From Alphaproteobacteria bacterium (lineage in GTDB: Bacteria > Pseudomonadota > Alphaproteobacteria > GCA-2731375), in contig CBDDBZ010000033.1 of the NCBI GenBank assembly GCA_965225945.1, positions 128,001-192,000 on the forward strand: a DNA stretch of 64,000 nucleotides, given 5' to 3'. A program made the translations under genes and the position numbers. Of the stretch, positions 21,032-31,589 are shown one piece after another. Numbering within the stretch: position 1 is the stretch's first letter; the number at the start of each line of letters is the position of its first letter. Below the pieces are notes generated by a model, which did not search any database, was not told where the DNA came from, and saw nothing but the letters and a program-made list of their open reading frames with translations.

Positions 21032-21125
21032 GTTTACGTCGACATCACTCATCTGCTTGTCCGATCGAATCGTCGTTCGCCCGAGACCTTAGGTGACCTT
21101 GGTTAAGAACTTGTTGCCGAGGCGG

Positions 21126-21138
21126 CGGCAAAGCGCCG
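21126..21138 (+). promoter_or_regulatory. ftr-like (FlbD enhancer) element
   Basis: CGGC-AAAGC-GCCG dyad about 100 bp upstream of the sigma-54 promoter. Confidence 0.5.
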
Positions 21139-21229
21139 GGCGGCAACAACGACCGGGCAAGGACGATCCCCCCGGGCCTCGGGCGGCGGCCGACGGCACC
21201 GCTCGGCGCCATATTCCGCCTCTTGGCGC

Positions 21230-21246
21230 TTGGCACGTTCGATGCA
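21230..21246 (+). promoter_or_regulatory. Sigma-54 promoter of flgF operon
   Basis: TTGGCACGTTCGATGCA, GG-N10-GC spacing. Confidence 0.75.
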
Positions 21247-21293
21247 CCGCCCCTTCCGCCCCCTCCCCGCAGCATGCGGAAGGATGCCGGTCC

Positions 21294-22019
21294 ATGATGG
21301 AAAATGTCGGATACATCAGCCTCTCGCGCCAGATGGCGCTACGCCAAGAGATGGACGTCATCGCCAACAACATCGCCAACACCGGGACCACGGCCTTCAA
21401 GTCGCAGACGATCCTGTTCGCGGAATATCTGGTCGAGCAAAAGGGCAACGCCCCCGACATCTCCTTCGTGCAGGACCTCTCGGTCTTTCGCAACACCGCC
21501 TCGGGCCCACTGGTGAGGACCGGCGGCAAGCTCGACTTCGCCGTCGAAGGCGACGGCTATTTCGTCGTCGAGACGCCGGAAGGCCGCCGCTACACCCGGA
21601 ACGGGCGCTTCTTCCCGAACGGCGATGGCGAGCTCGCCACCCGCGAGGGCCACGCCGTGCTGGACGTCTCGTTCAATCGGATCGTCTTCGATTCGGCCGC
21701 GCCCGGCCTCGAAATCACCGCCGAGGGCGCAATCTCCAACAGCGAGGGCCCGATCGCCACCCTAGCCCTGGTCCGCTTCGCCAACGAGCAGAGACTCGCC
21801 GCCGAGGGCAACGGTCTCTATCGAGGCGACCAGCCGGTCGAAGCGGTCGAGCAGCCGCGCATCCTCCTGGGCGCGCTCGAAGGCTCGAACGTCGAGCCGA
21901 TCGTCGAGATGACCCGGATGATCAACGTCGCCCGCAGCTATCAGACGGCGCAGCGGATGATCAACGACAGCCACGATCTGCAGCGCCGGATGATCCGCAA
22001 CCTGGGCAGCGTGCAATGA
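21294..22019 (+). CDS. flgF: Flagellar basal-body rod protein FlgF
   Basis: ANNIANTGTTAFK, YTRNGRF, LEGSNVEPIVEM. Confidence 0.93.
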   Translation: MMENVGYISLSRQMALRQEMDVIANNIANTGTTAFKSQTILFAEYLVEQKGNAPDISFVQDLSVFRNTASGPLVRTGGKLDFAVEGDGYFVVETPEGRRYTRNGRFFPNGDGELATREGHAVLDVSFNRIVFDSAAPGLEITAEGAISNSEGPIATLALVRFANEQRLAAEGNGLYRGDQPVEAVEQPRILLGALEGSNVEPIVEMTRMINVARSYQTAQRMINDSHDLQRRMIRNLGSVQ

Positions 22020-22028
22020 CCGACCGCC

Positions 22029-23251
22029 CATGGTACACGACGGCATTTACGTAGGACGTTGAAAAGGTTGTAGGATTCCCGATTCACTCCACGATGAGTC
22101 AAGAGGGAAATCATGCGAGACAACCCGATCAACGCCCTGCGTGAGACGCTACGATGCGGCTTCGCCTTTCGCAAGAGCCGTCTGGAGAGCCTTTGCGTCT
22201 TGGTCTTCGGCGTGTTCGTCGCCCGGACGGTGAACCTCTCTCACTTGGCCTGCCACTTTCCGGGGCGCGCGCGATCCAGCTCCAACTATCGGCGCCTGCA
22301 ACGGTTTTTCGAGCAAGTCGATTTCGATTACGATCGCCTCGCCGAGTTCCTGGTCGCGATGATGGGGCTCCAGGCGGGGCCGTGGCGGCTGACCATGGAC
22401 CGGACCAACTGGCGGCTGGGTCGCCGCGACGTCAACATCTTGATGATCGGCATCGTCAACCGCGCCATCGCCATTCCCGTGTGCTGGCGGGTGCTCGACA
22501 AGGCGGGCAATTCCAATACCAAGGAGCGGATCGCGATCCTCGAACACGTCCTCCGGCTCTTCGGGGTCGACAAGATCGCCAGCCTCCTGGCCGACCGGGA
22601 ATTCATCGGCGACGCCTGGCTGGCATGGTTGCAGGAAAAGGCCATCCCCTTTCACATCCGCATCCGATCCAACATCAAGATCGCCAACACGCGTGGTCGC
22701 ATGGTCAAGGCGAGGGAGCTGTTTCGCGACCTCAAACCCGGGGAAAGCCGCATCCTCTCCAACGCCAGGCGCCTCTCGGAGGCCAGAAAACCCAAGGCCA
22801 GGCCCGTCTTCGTCGCCGCGCTCCATCTCAAGACCGGCGAACTGTTGATCGTCGTGACCAACGACGCGCCCGAGGAGGCCTTGGCCATCTACGCCCAGCA
22901 CTGGCAAATCGAGACCCTCTTCGCCGCCTTGAAAACCCGTGGCTTCAACCTCGAAGACACCCACATGACCGACCCGGAGCGCATCTCCAAGCTCACCGCC
23001 GTCCTTTCCATCACCTTCTGCTGGGCGCACAAAGTCGGCGATTGGCTCCACGAGGCCGAGCCGATCCGCCTCAAAACCCACAAAAGGATGGCAAAATCCA
23101 TCTTCCGATACGGTTTCGAGTGGATAAGGCGACAGCTCGTCAATCCTATCGACAGGCGTCAAGCCATTGAGCTGATTCGTTTCCTCGTCCCCGGAAAACC
23201 ACCAGTCCAGGTGCCCAGGCCAAAGCCAGCATGAACGAGTCGTGTACTGTG
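22029..23251 (+). mobile_element. IS4-family insertion sequence between flgF and flgG
   Basis: Imperfect TIRs CATGGTACACGAC / GTCGTGTACTGTG; 9-bp TSD CCGACCGCC at 22020-22028 and 23252-23260. Confidence 0.9.
22113..23234 (+). CDS. IS4-family DDE transposase
   Basis: MDRTNW, LADREF, YAQHWQIETLFAALK (YREK-like region). Confidence 0.92.
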   Translation: MRDNPINALRETLRCGFAFRKSRLESLCVLVFGVFVARTVNLSHLACHFPGRARSSSNYRRLQRFFEQVDFDYDRLAEFLVAMMGLQAGPWRLTMDRTNWRLGRRDVNILMIGIVNRAIAIPVCWRVLDKAGNSNTKERIAILEHVLRLFGVDKIASLLADREFIGDAWLAWLQEKAIPFHIRIRSNIKIANTRGRMVKARELFRDLKPGESRILSNARRLSEARKPKARPVFVAALHLKTGELLIVVTNDAPEEALAIYAQHWQIETLFAALKTRGFNLEDTHMTDPERISKLTAVLSITFCWAHKVGDWLHEAEPIRLKTHKRMAKSIFRYGFEWIRRQLVNPIDRRQAIELIRFLVPGKPPVQVPRPKPA

Positions 23252-23426
23252 CCGACCGCCATAAATGGCGACTCCCCGCGCCGCCCCGCTCCCCCGGCCC
23301 AACCACCCATGAATGGTACCCTCGGGGTGGTTGGGCCGGGGGAGCGGGGCGGTCAGGACTGCCGTCGGTTGGTATGAGCCCGGCCGGGTGGCGGCCACCA
23401 AACAGCAACCGAGCGGAGCCGAAGAC

Positions 23427-24212
23427 ATGAGAAGCCTCTCCATCGCGGCCACGGGCATGCTCGCGCAGCAGCTCAACGTCGAGGTGATCTCCAACAACAT
23501 CGCCAACATGAACACGACCGGCTTCAAGCGTCAGCGGGCCGAGTTCCAGGATCTGCTGTACCAGAACTTGCGGCGGATCGGGGCGCAATCCTCCGATGCC
23601 GGCAACCTGATCCCGGCCGGCGTGCAGATCGGCGCCGGCGTGATGACGGCGGCGGTCTATCGCCTGAGCGATCAGGGCGCGCTGCAGAACACCGAGAACA
23701 ACTTCGACTTGGCGATCCAGGGCCGGGGCTATTTCCAGATCGAGCTGCCGAGCGGCCAGACCGGCTATACCCGCGCAGGCTCCTTCCAGGTCAGCGCCGA
23801 CGGCCAGATTGTCACCAATAACGGCTTTATCGTGCAGCCGGGGATCACCATTCCGCAGGACGCGATCGACATCACCATCAACGCCAGCGGCGAGGTGCAG
23901 GTCTCGATCGACGGCCAGGTGGCGCCTCAGTTGGTCGGCCAGATCGAGCTCGTCACCTTCTTCAACGACGCCGGCCTGGAGGCCCAGGGCGACAACCTGT
24001 TCCTGGAGACCGCGGCCTCCGGCGCCGCCAACGCCGGCGTTCCCGTCAGCCCCGGCATCGGAACCCTGCTGCAAGGCTTCCTCGAGACGGCCAACGTCAA
24101 CCCCGTCGCCGAGATCACCAACCTCATCAAGGCCCAGCGCGCCTACGAGATGAACTCCAAGGTGATCACCACCTCGGACGAGATGATGCGCACCATGAGC
24201 ACGCTCAGATAG
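23427..24212 (+). CDS. flgG: Flagellar basal-body rod protein FlgG
   Basis: ISNNIANMNTTGFKRQRAEFQDLLYQ, AQRAYEMNSKVI. Confidence 0.97.
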   Translation: MRSLSIAATGMLAQQLNVEVISNNIANMNTTGFKRQRAEFQDLLYQNLRRIGAQSSDAGNLIPAGVQIGAGVMTAAVYRLSDQGALQNTENNFDLAIQGRGYFQIELPSGQTGYTRAGSFQVSADGQIVTNNGFIVQPGITIPQDAIDITINASGEVQVSIDGQVAPQLVGQIELVTFFNDAGLEAQGDNLFLETAASGAANAGVPVSPGIGTLLQGFLETANVNPVAEITNLIKAQRAYEMNSKVITTSDEMMRTMSTLR

Positions 24213-24220
24213 GAGTGTCC

Positions 24221-24946
24221 ATGATGATCCCCCGCCTCGCCCTCGCCTTCGGTCTCGCCCTCGCTCTCATCGCCCCGGCGCCCTCGTCCGCGCTCTCCAG
24301 CGGCGAAGCCGCCATATTCGAGGCCATCGAGAACGCGCTTCGCGACGCCGGCGCCGGCGAGCGGCTTCGGGTCGAGACCAATCGGCGCGACTTGATGCGC
24401 CGGCTGGTCCGGGCCGGGAACGGCAATCTCGCGGTCGAGATCGTCGACTTCGACCCGGCGAGCCGGCGCTTCGCCGCCGTGCTGCGCCTGGGCGCGGGTG
24501 AATCGCTCACGACCACTCGGCTCGCCGGGCGGGCTTACGAGATCGTCGATTTGCCGGTGCCGCGCCGCGCCGTCCCCCGGGGGGCTGAGTTGACCCGGGC
24601 GGACCTCGATTGGCGCCCGTTCCGCCTCGACCGCCTGGGCGCGGACGTCATCGAGGACGAGGCGGCGATCGTCGGCATGACCAGCCGGCGGCGGCTCGGC
24701 GCCGGCCGGCCGCTCCGCGCCGGCGACCTGACGCCGCCCGTGGTCGTGGCCAAGGGCAAAGTGGTGGCGATCGTCCTGGAGGTGCCGGGCATCAGCCTCG
24801 GCACCCTCGGCCGCGCGCTCGCCGATGGTGCCGAGGGTGCCTTCATTCCGGTGATGAACTTGCGCTCCAAGCGCACGATCGAGGCCCGCGTGACCTCGCC
24901 GGCGACGGTCCGGGTGGCGACCCGCGCCGGCCACTTCAAACCTTGA
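24221..24946 (+). CDS. flgA: P-ring formation chaperone FlgA
   Basis: Signal peptide, SAF domain, GRALADGAEG...VMNLRSKR; gene context. Confidence 0.85.
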   Translation: MMIPRLALAFGLALALIAPAPSSALSSGEAAIFEAIENALRDAGAGERLRVETNRRDLMRRLVRAGNGNLAVEIVDFDPASRRFAAVLRLGAGESLTTTRLAGRAYEIVDLPVPRRAVPRGAELTRADLDWRPFRLDRLGADVIEDEAAIVGMTSRRRLGAGRPLRAGDLTPPVVVAKGKVVAIVLEVPGISLGTLGRALADGAEGAFIPVMNLRSKRTIEARVTSPATVRVATRAGHFKP

Positions 24947-24972
24947 ACCCGAGACCCGAGGAGCAATCTCCG

Positions 24973-25731
24973 ATGCCGAAGAACCCGCAGCCGCGGACCA
25001 TCGCGCCGCTCGCCCTCATGCTCGCTCTCGCGCTCCCCGGCTGCAACGCCCTCGATCGGGTGAGCGAGATCGGCTCGCCTCCCGCCCTCAGCCATATCGA
25101 GAACCCGGTGCAACAGGCGAGCTACCGGCCGGTCTCGCTGCCGATGCCGAGGCCCGAGCCGGTGGTGCGCCGCGCGAACTCGCTTTGGCGCCCGGGCGCC
25201 AGGGCCTTCTTCAAGGATCAGCGCGCGGCCCGGATCGGCGATATCCTGACCGTCGACATCACCATCGACGACGAGGCCCAGATCGACAACGAGACCACGC
25301 GGACGCGGGCCGGCGGCGAGGACGCGGACGTCACCGCGATCCTCGGTTTCGAAGGCGTGCTCGCCAAGGTCCTGCCGGACGACTTCACGCCTGCGAACGT
25401 GGTCAGCCTCGGCAGCACCTCCAGCCACACCGGCGCCGGCTCGGTCAATCGCAGGGAGACCATCAATCTGACGGTCGCGGCGATCGTCTCCCAGGTGCTG
25501 CCGAACGGGAACCTGGTGATCACCGGCAGCCAGGAGGTCCGGGTCAACTACGAGATGCGGATATTGACCATCACCGGTGTCGTCAGGCCGGAGGACATCA
25601 GCGCCGCCAACACCATCAGCCACAACCAGATCGCCGAGGCCCGCATCGCCTATGGCGGGCGCGGCCAGATCACCGACATGCAGCAACCCCGCTACGGCCA
25701 GCAGCTCTTCGACATCATCTTCCCGCTTTGA
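24973..25731 (+). CDS. flgH: Flagellar L-ring protein FlgH
   Basis: Lipobox LPGC, NSLW, FFKDQRA, IAEARIAYGGRG. Confidence 0.95.
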   Translation: MPKNPQPRTIAPLALMLALALPGCNALDRVSEIGSPPALSHIENPVQQASYRPVSLPMPRPEPVVRRANSLWRPGARAFFKDQRAARIGDILTVDITIDDEAQIDNETTRTRAGGEDADVTAILGFEGVLAKVLPDDFTPANVVSLGSTSSHTGAGSVNRRETINLTVAAIVSQVLPNGNLVITGSQEVRVNYEMRILTITGVVRPEDISAANTISHNQIAEARIAYGGRGQITDMQQPRYGQQLFDIIFPL

Positions 25732-25899
25732 GGCGAGTGACGTAACCGGGCCGCCCCGCTTCCCGCTCCGGGCCAACAGGAATGGTGGCCCCGAGGGGGC
25801 GGGGCCATCGAGGCTCATGTTCCAAGGTAGGACAGTGCTCGGCAAGCACAAATAGCCAAACGCAAGCGCGGAAAATTCATGCCCCGATACGAGCGAGAT

Positions 25900-25935
25900 G
25901 GTTAATCATTCGAACCATCGTTCGAATGATTAACC
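25900..25935. promoter_or_regulatory. Perfect 16-bp inverted repeat (operator or terminator)
   Basis: GGTTAATCATTCGAAC-catc-GTTCGAATGATTAACC. Confidence 0.6.
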
Positions 25936-27760
25936 GCTAATGGAAACTGTCTATACCGAAAAATTTCTCCTGGTATTGTTCTCGAAATTTCAAGCGTCCA
26001 TGAACCGGCTTGGTTCGAATCCTGTTGCTTGATTTCTTTCCCGCCAGCATCCAATCTACCTTGGTGGCTATTTAGGCAAACTGAATACATGCGACCGAAA
26101 TTGCTCCTGGTGCTCTTGCTCGCCGGTCTTTTGTTCGCGGACATGCTCGCGCCGGAGCATGCCGCGCGTGCCGCCCCCGGCGACGAGCTTCTGGTCGTCG
26201 ACTGCCTTCTTCCCGGAAAGGTCCGACGTCTCGGCAGGCGTGTCACCTTCGTGACCGCGCGTCGCGCCGTGCGCACCACGGCGTCGGATTGCGAGATCCG
26301 TGGCGGAGAATATACCGCCAACGATCGAGCCAACTACGCCACCGCGCTCAGGGTTTGGCTTCCTCTCGCCAAGGGAGGCGATGCGGCGGCCCAGAACCAT
26401 GTCGGAGAGATCCACGAAAAGGGCTTGGGCGTCGAGCCTCAACACGAGATCGCCGCGGCCTGGTATTTGAAGGCGGCGAAACAGGGCTTCGCCCGTGCCC
26501 AGATCAACCTGGGCTCGCTCTACGAGCGTGGGCTGGGCGTGCCTGAGGACATGGTCAAGGCGGTGGAGTGGTATCGCCGCGCCTCCGGCCTGTCCGAGGT
26601 CGGCCTCGCCTATGTGCCCGCCGACGTCAAGGCGGAGTTGGAGGAGCTGCGTTCGGATCGCGATAGCTTGGCGGCGCAACGGGACGCGCTGGATCGCGAG
26701 CTCGATGCCGTTCGCTCCCAGCTCGAGCGCGCCAAGGAAGAGCTGCGGCGCCAGCATCGGCGAACCAACGCGACCTTGCGCGAGTTGGAGACGACCCGGG
26801 TCGAACTCGAAGCCCGGCGCAAGGTTGCCGAGCGCCAGGGCGACACGGCTAAGGTCGCGCGACTGCAAAAGGCGCTCGAGGCGAAGGCGGGGGAAGCGAA
26901 ACGCAAGAAGCGCGAGCTGGACCGATTGCGCGATCGCGTTTCAACGCTCAACGGCCAAGCGACGCGGCTCGAGGGGGCATTGGTGAAGGCGCGCTCGGAT
27001 CGCGAGCGTGATCGAACCCAACAACAAGATGCCAGTGTTTCCGCGAAGCAGGATCTTTCGGAGACGGCGGCGAGGCTACGCGAGGCCGAGGCGAGACTCG
27101 CGCGGGCGCGACGGGTCGAGGCGGGCGGCCGCGCGGAAGTGGAGCGGATACGAATCGCGCTCGCGACGGAGCAGAGCGCGGCCAAGCAGGATCGCGCCCG
27201 AATCTCGGGGCTCGAGCGCGATCTCTCGGCGAAGGAAGACACGCTGGCCGAACGCGACCAGAGGCTGGCCGAACTCGACGGCGAAATCTCCTCGCTACAC
27301 GACGAGCTCAAAGCGCTGAGGACCGAGGCGACGACAAAGCGGGAAGTGGCGGCGACAAAGCGGAAAGTGGCGGCGGCGGGCACGAGGGGACCGATCATCG
27401 AGATCATCGAACCGCCCCTGGCGCGAACGCGGGCGGCGGACCCCGCCAGCGTGAATATCAAGGCGACGTGGGAGCGCCTGGTCATCGGCAGGGTTCAGGC
27501 ACCGGGCGGCCTCATCGCCTTCATGATCAACGACGAGGAACAAACCACCGGCAAGGACGGCATGTTCCGGGTAAAGGTGCCCGTCGACTATCCGGAAACC
27601 CCGGTCCATATCGTCGCCATCGACGCCGCCGGCCTTCGTTCGTCCCTCTCCTTCGTCATGAAGCCGAATGCCGATCCGAACCCCGAGCCGAAGCGAGAGG
27701 CGCCGAGCAAGAAATTAGCCGGAGTTGTATCGCACCCGGTTCCTTGGACACAAGTTTGTC

Positions 27761-28672
27761 TCATGCGGCGGGCCTGAGTGACATCGCGGTGTGCCACGCC
27801 TGACGAGCTTGAGCGGGGCTCAGGTAGCCGTTCTTCTCCACGATCCACTGGGCATTGTACTGTTCGACGAACCCGCGGACGGCGTTCCGCAGCTCCGCGA
27901 TGTTGCGGTAGATGCGGCCATGGATGATCTGTTCCTTGAGCGTGCGATTGAACCTCTCGGCGACGCCGTTGGTCTGGGGCTGTTCGACGAAGGCGTAGGA
28001 CGGCTGGATGCCCCAGAACTTGATCTGGTTGGTGAAGTGGTCCGACAGATACTGGGAGCCGTGATCCATCCGCAAGGCCAGCCCCCGCGCCGCACCGGCG
28101 GAGGTCGAGGCATACAGCCTCGCAAGCCCCATGGAGATCGGCTGAAGGGCGGCGAAGCGGTCGCCTCGCTTGCACACATGCCAGCCGACGCACTCGGCGT
28201 TCCAATGCTCGATGGCGGTGAATATCCAGCCCCAGCCGTCGTCCACCGTGAACACCCGAACGCCGTCCGTGCCCCACATGAGGTTGGGGGCATGGGTGAT
28301 GATCTCACCGACATGGGGATTTCCGCCACGGCGGCGGCAGCGATGGGGCGAGAGCAGGTTGTTCTCGCGCATCACCCGGAGCACCCGCTTGCGGGAAACA
28401 CGGATGCCACGACAGACCCGAAGCCGAGCCCAGACCTTGCGGTGTCCCTCGCCCTCCCAGGGGGATGCCTCCAGGTCGGCCTCGATGGCCACCAGCAGAG
28501 CCTCGTCCGAGATCGAGGGCTTCGGTCCCCGGCGCTTTGCTGGTGGGCGCTCAGCGGTGGCCTGCTGCCGGGATTTCATGGCGTAGAACGAGGAACGGGC
28601 AAAACCCCAGGCCGCACAGACCCGCTGGAGGCCGTAGGCCAAACCCGTGCCGGGAGAGGTGGCGGCACTCAT
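27761..28672 (-). CDS. IS3-family transposase OrfB (integrase core)
   Basis: WGTDG, MDHGSQY, TNGVAERFNRTLKE. Confidence 0.92.
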   Translation of the reverse strand: MSAATSPGTGLAYGLQRVCAAWGFARSSFYAMKSRQQATAERPPAKRRGPKPSISDEALLVAIEADLEASPWEGEGHRKVWARLRVCRGIRVSRKRVLRVMRENNLLSPHRCRRRGGNPHVGEIITHAPNLMWGTDGVRVFTVDDGWGWIFTAIEHWNAECVGWHVCKRGDRFAALQPISMGLARLYASTSAGAARGLALRMDHGSQYLSDHFTNQIKFWGIQPSYAFVEQPQTNGVAERFNRTLKEQIIHGRIYRNIAELRNAVRGFVEQYNAQWIVEKNGYLSPAQARQAWHTAMSLRPAA

Positions 28673-29079
28673 CGCCGCGACCTCCGCCGCCCCAAAGGGC
28701 CGGACGTCTCCGTCTTGGCCTCCAGCAGTTCCACCTGCATGATCAACTCCCCGATCCGCTTCATGGCGATGTCCAGTTCCGCCTTTACCGGATCGCCCTT
28801 GCGTTCCTTGAGCGAGGCATCGATCCCGGCGATCGCCTTCTCACGCCACTGCTCGAGCCGGAAAATCTCCACGCCCAACTGCCGCGACAAAAGTTCCACC
28901 GGCTCGCCACGCAAAAGCCGCAGGGCAACCTCACGCTTGCGCGTCACCGTCCACCGCTGGCCAAGTCCCAGCGGGCCTGCCGGCGAAACCTGGCCCGGGG
29001 AAAACGTGGACGAGCCAAGCTCGCCCTCGTTTACCACAGGCCCATCAACAGCAACTTTGTTCTCAAAATTGTCGGTCAT
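28669..29079 (-). CDS. IS3-family OrfA (HTH)
   Basis: RKREVALRLLRGE...LEQWRE; ATGA overlap with orfB. Confidence 0.85.
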   Translation of the reverse strand: MTDNFENKVAVDGPVVNEGELGSSTFSPGQVSPAGPLGLGQRWTVTRKREVALRLLRGEPVELLSRQLGVEIFRLEQWREKAIAGIDASLKERKGDPVKAELDIAMKRIGELIMQVELLEAKTETSGPLGRRRSRR

Positions 29080-31589
29080 GTTCCGGTCCTCCTTGGACAC
29101 TTCGATTAAGCCAATTCTGTGTCCAAGGAAATCGGGTCCGACTCAAAATTAGCCGGAGTCTCCTTCGGCACCTTCCATGCCCTGGTCATCGGCAACAACG
29201 AATATGCCCACCTGCCCGACCTGAAAACCGCGCGCGGCGACGCGCAAGCGGTGGCGAAATTGCTGGAGACGCGCTACGGCTTCAAGACAACGGTCCTCCT
29301 GAACGCGGATCGCTATGCGATATTGTCGACGTTGAACAAGCTTCGCGCCGAACTGAGCGAAGACGACAATCTGCTGATCTATTATGCCGGTCATGGTGAA
29401 CTCGACCGCGCCAACGATCGCGGTAATTGGCTGCCGGTCGACGCGGAACCCGACAGTACCGCCAATTGGATCTCGAACATTCAGATCACCGACGTGTTGA
29501 ATTCCATGCTGATCCGCCAAATCATGGTGGTGGCGGATTCCTGCTATTCCGGCACGCTCACCCGGGCGGCGCTGGCCCAGTTGGACGGGGGGGTCTCGGA
29601 CAAGGGTCGGGTGAAATGGATCAAGGTCATGGCGACGAAGCGGGCACGCGTCGTCCTCTCGTCGGGCGGGGTTCAGCCCGTGCTCGACAGTGGCGGAGGA
29701 AAACACTCGGTCTTCGCCAAGGCCTTCATCGAGGTTCTTCGGAGCAACGATTCGGTGTTGGAAGGCCAGCTCGTATACCGGCGTGTCGCGCAGCGGCTCG
29801 CGGATTCATCGGCGGCCCGCATCGGTCAGATTCCGAGCTATGCCCCCATCAAATACGCCGGGCACGAAGCCGGCGACTTCTTTTTCGTCCCCCGCGCCCA
29901 CGACTAGCGCGGCGCCCCCGGCCTTTGGCGGCCGCCGCCCCCGATTGAGCCGGCGGGTCGAAGCAGTGTGGTAAAAGTCCCCACGGTCTCCGAATATTTG
30001 CGCGAAGAGGCGTAGCGCGTTGAATTCCCCTAGTATTTCTGGGGCAACTTTGGTATCAAGCCTATCGTCGGAGTCGAAGCTATTGGCTTGATCGTCCGAC
30101 TTCTCGAATTCGTTTTGGAGGGGATTATGTCCGAAGGTATCGCGCGTGACGGGGTTTCGGGCGCTCTCGCCGCCGATTGCAAGCCTGTGAACCCGATCGC
30201 CTCCATGGCGCCACGCTTTGAATTGAAAACCGCCCGAATTTCGAGATCCGCCTTAATCGCATCGTTGGTATTGTCATTTGTCGCCATTACGGCCGACCCG
30301 GCGGTCGCGCAGAGTCTCGCCAATCTGCCGGGGCAGACAGAGTTGCAAATTCGCACCGGTACCGCCATCACCACGGTTTGCGTAGCCCTGATTGGCTTGC
30401 GGACCGACCGCACCGGCCCCTCCGATACCGAAGACCTCTTCGCGCGTTGTGGAGACATGGTTCAGACCGCCAACGATATCCTCGGTGCCGGCGCAACGAC
30501 TTTCAGTCTCGGCTTGACCGCGGCGCAAACAAACGAGGCCCTGGTGGAAATCGCGCACGACGAGGCCGCGGCCTTCGGCGCCAACAGCACGGAAATCCGA
30601 AGCTCCCAGGCCAAGTCGATCGCCGGGCGATTGTCGGCCATACGGCGCGGCGCCACGGGCTTCAGCCTCGCCGGTCTTCACTTCGACGTGCCGGGCGAGG
30701 CGAGGCGCCGCGTCTCGCTCGCGGATATGATGGGGAGCGTCGATTCCGCCGGCGAAGCGGCCGGAAGCTCCGGGGAAAGCTGGTTCGCGGGGAGGCTCGG
30801 CGCCTTTCTCAGTGGTTCCCTCGGCACCGGCGACGCGGATGGATCGAGCGAGGAGGCCGGCTATGACGTCACACTCTTCTCCATCAGCGCCGGTCTCGAC
30901 TATCGTATCACGGACAGTTTCGTCGCCGGGGCCGCCATATGGTTACGGCAATAGCGATTCGAGCTTCGACGGCGGCGGCAACATGGATACCGACGCTTTC
31001 AATATCACTCTCTACGGAACTTATGGCATTACCGATGCGCTCTACGTCGAAGGTGCCTTCGGCTATACGCGAAGTGAATACGATATATCCAGGCGCATCG
31101 TCTATGGGGCGGCCATCAGGCCGGTCAACAGGACGGCCAGGGGAGATCCGTCGGGAGATCAGTTCCTGATCAGTTTCGGCGCCGGTTACGACTTCGCCGT
31201 CGGCGGATGGACGATCACTCCCAGGGCACGTATCGACTATCTCAATTCGAGCATCGACGGCTTTACGGAAAGCGGTGCGCGTGGATTGAACCTCCGCTAC
31301 CGCGGCCAGGACTACGAGTCGCTCGCCTCCGACGTCGGCGCGGACATTGCTTACGCGATTTCGACGGACTTCGGCGTCGTCGTTCCACAGGCGAGCTTGG
31401 CATGGATTCATGAATACATGGATGATTCCCAATCCCTCACGGTACAGTACGCCGCGGATCCGAATAACTTCACGTTTTCGGTGTTGACGGACAATCCGGA
31501 CCGAGATTATTTCGGGCTCGGTCTATCTCTTCTCGCGGTATTCCCCGGCGGCATCAACGGGTTCGTCAACTATTCGACCATCCTCGGAC

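Larger units (their letters stand above)
27726..29145 (-). mobile_element. IS3-family element with 14-bp target duplication
   Basis: TG...CA ends with IRs around TTCCTTGGACACA; AAATTAGCCGGAGT at 27712-27725 and 29146-29159. Confidence 0.9.
26089..29907 (+). pseudogene. Exported Sel1-repeat / coiled-coil / caspase-family (peptidase C14) protein split by an IS
   Basis: Signal peptide, Sel1 repeats (AQINLGSLYERGLGV), coiled coil; ...KKLAGV resumes after the TSD as SFGTFHALVIGNN with YYAGHG and DSCYSG. Confidence 0.88.

Noticed and set aside
21095-21120. Full CtrA box at the fliL promoter
   Set aside because: Only one TTAAC half-site is present; the TTAA-N7-TTAA pattern is not met
22149-24074. 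Long antisense ORFs (also 37693-39630, 48623-50686, 52954-54699 and others)
   Set aside because: Shadow frames of well-supported genes in high-GC DNA
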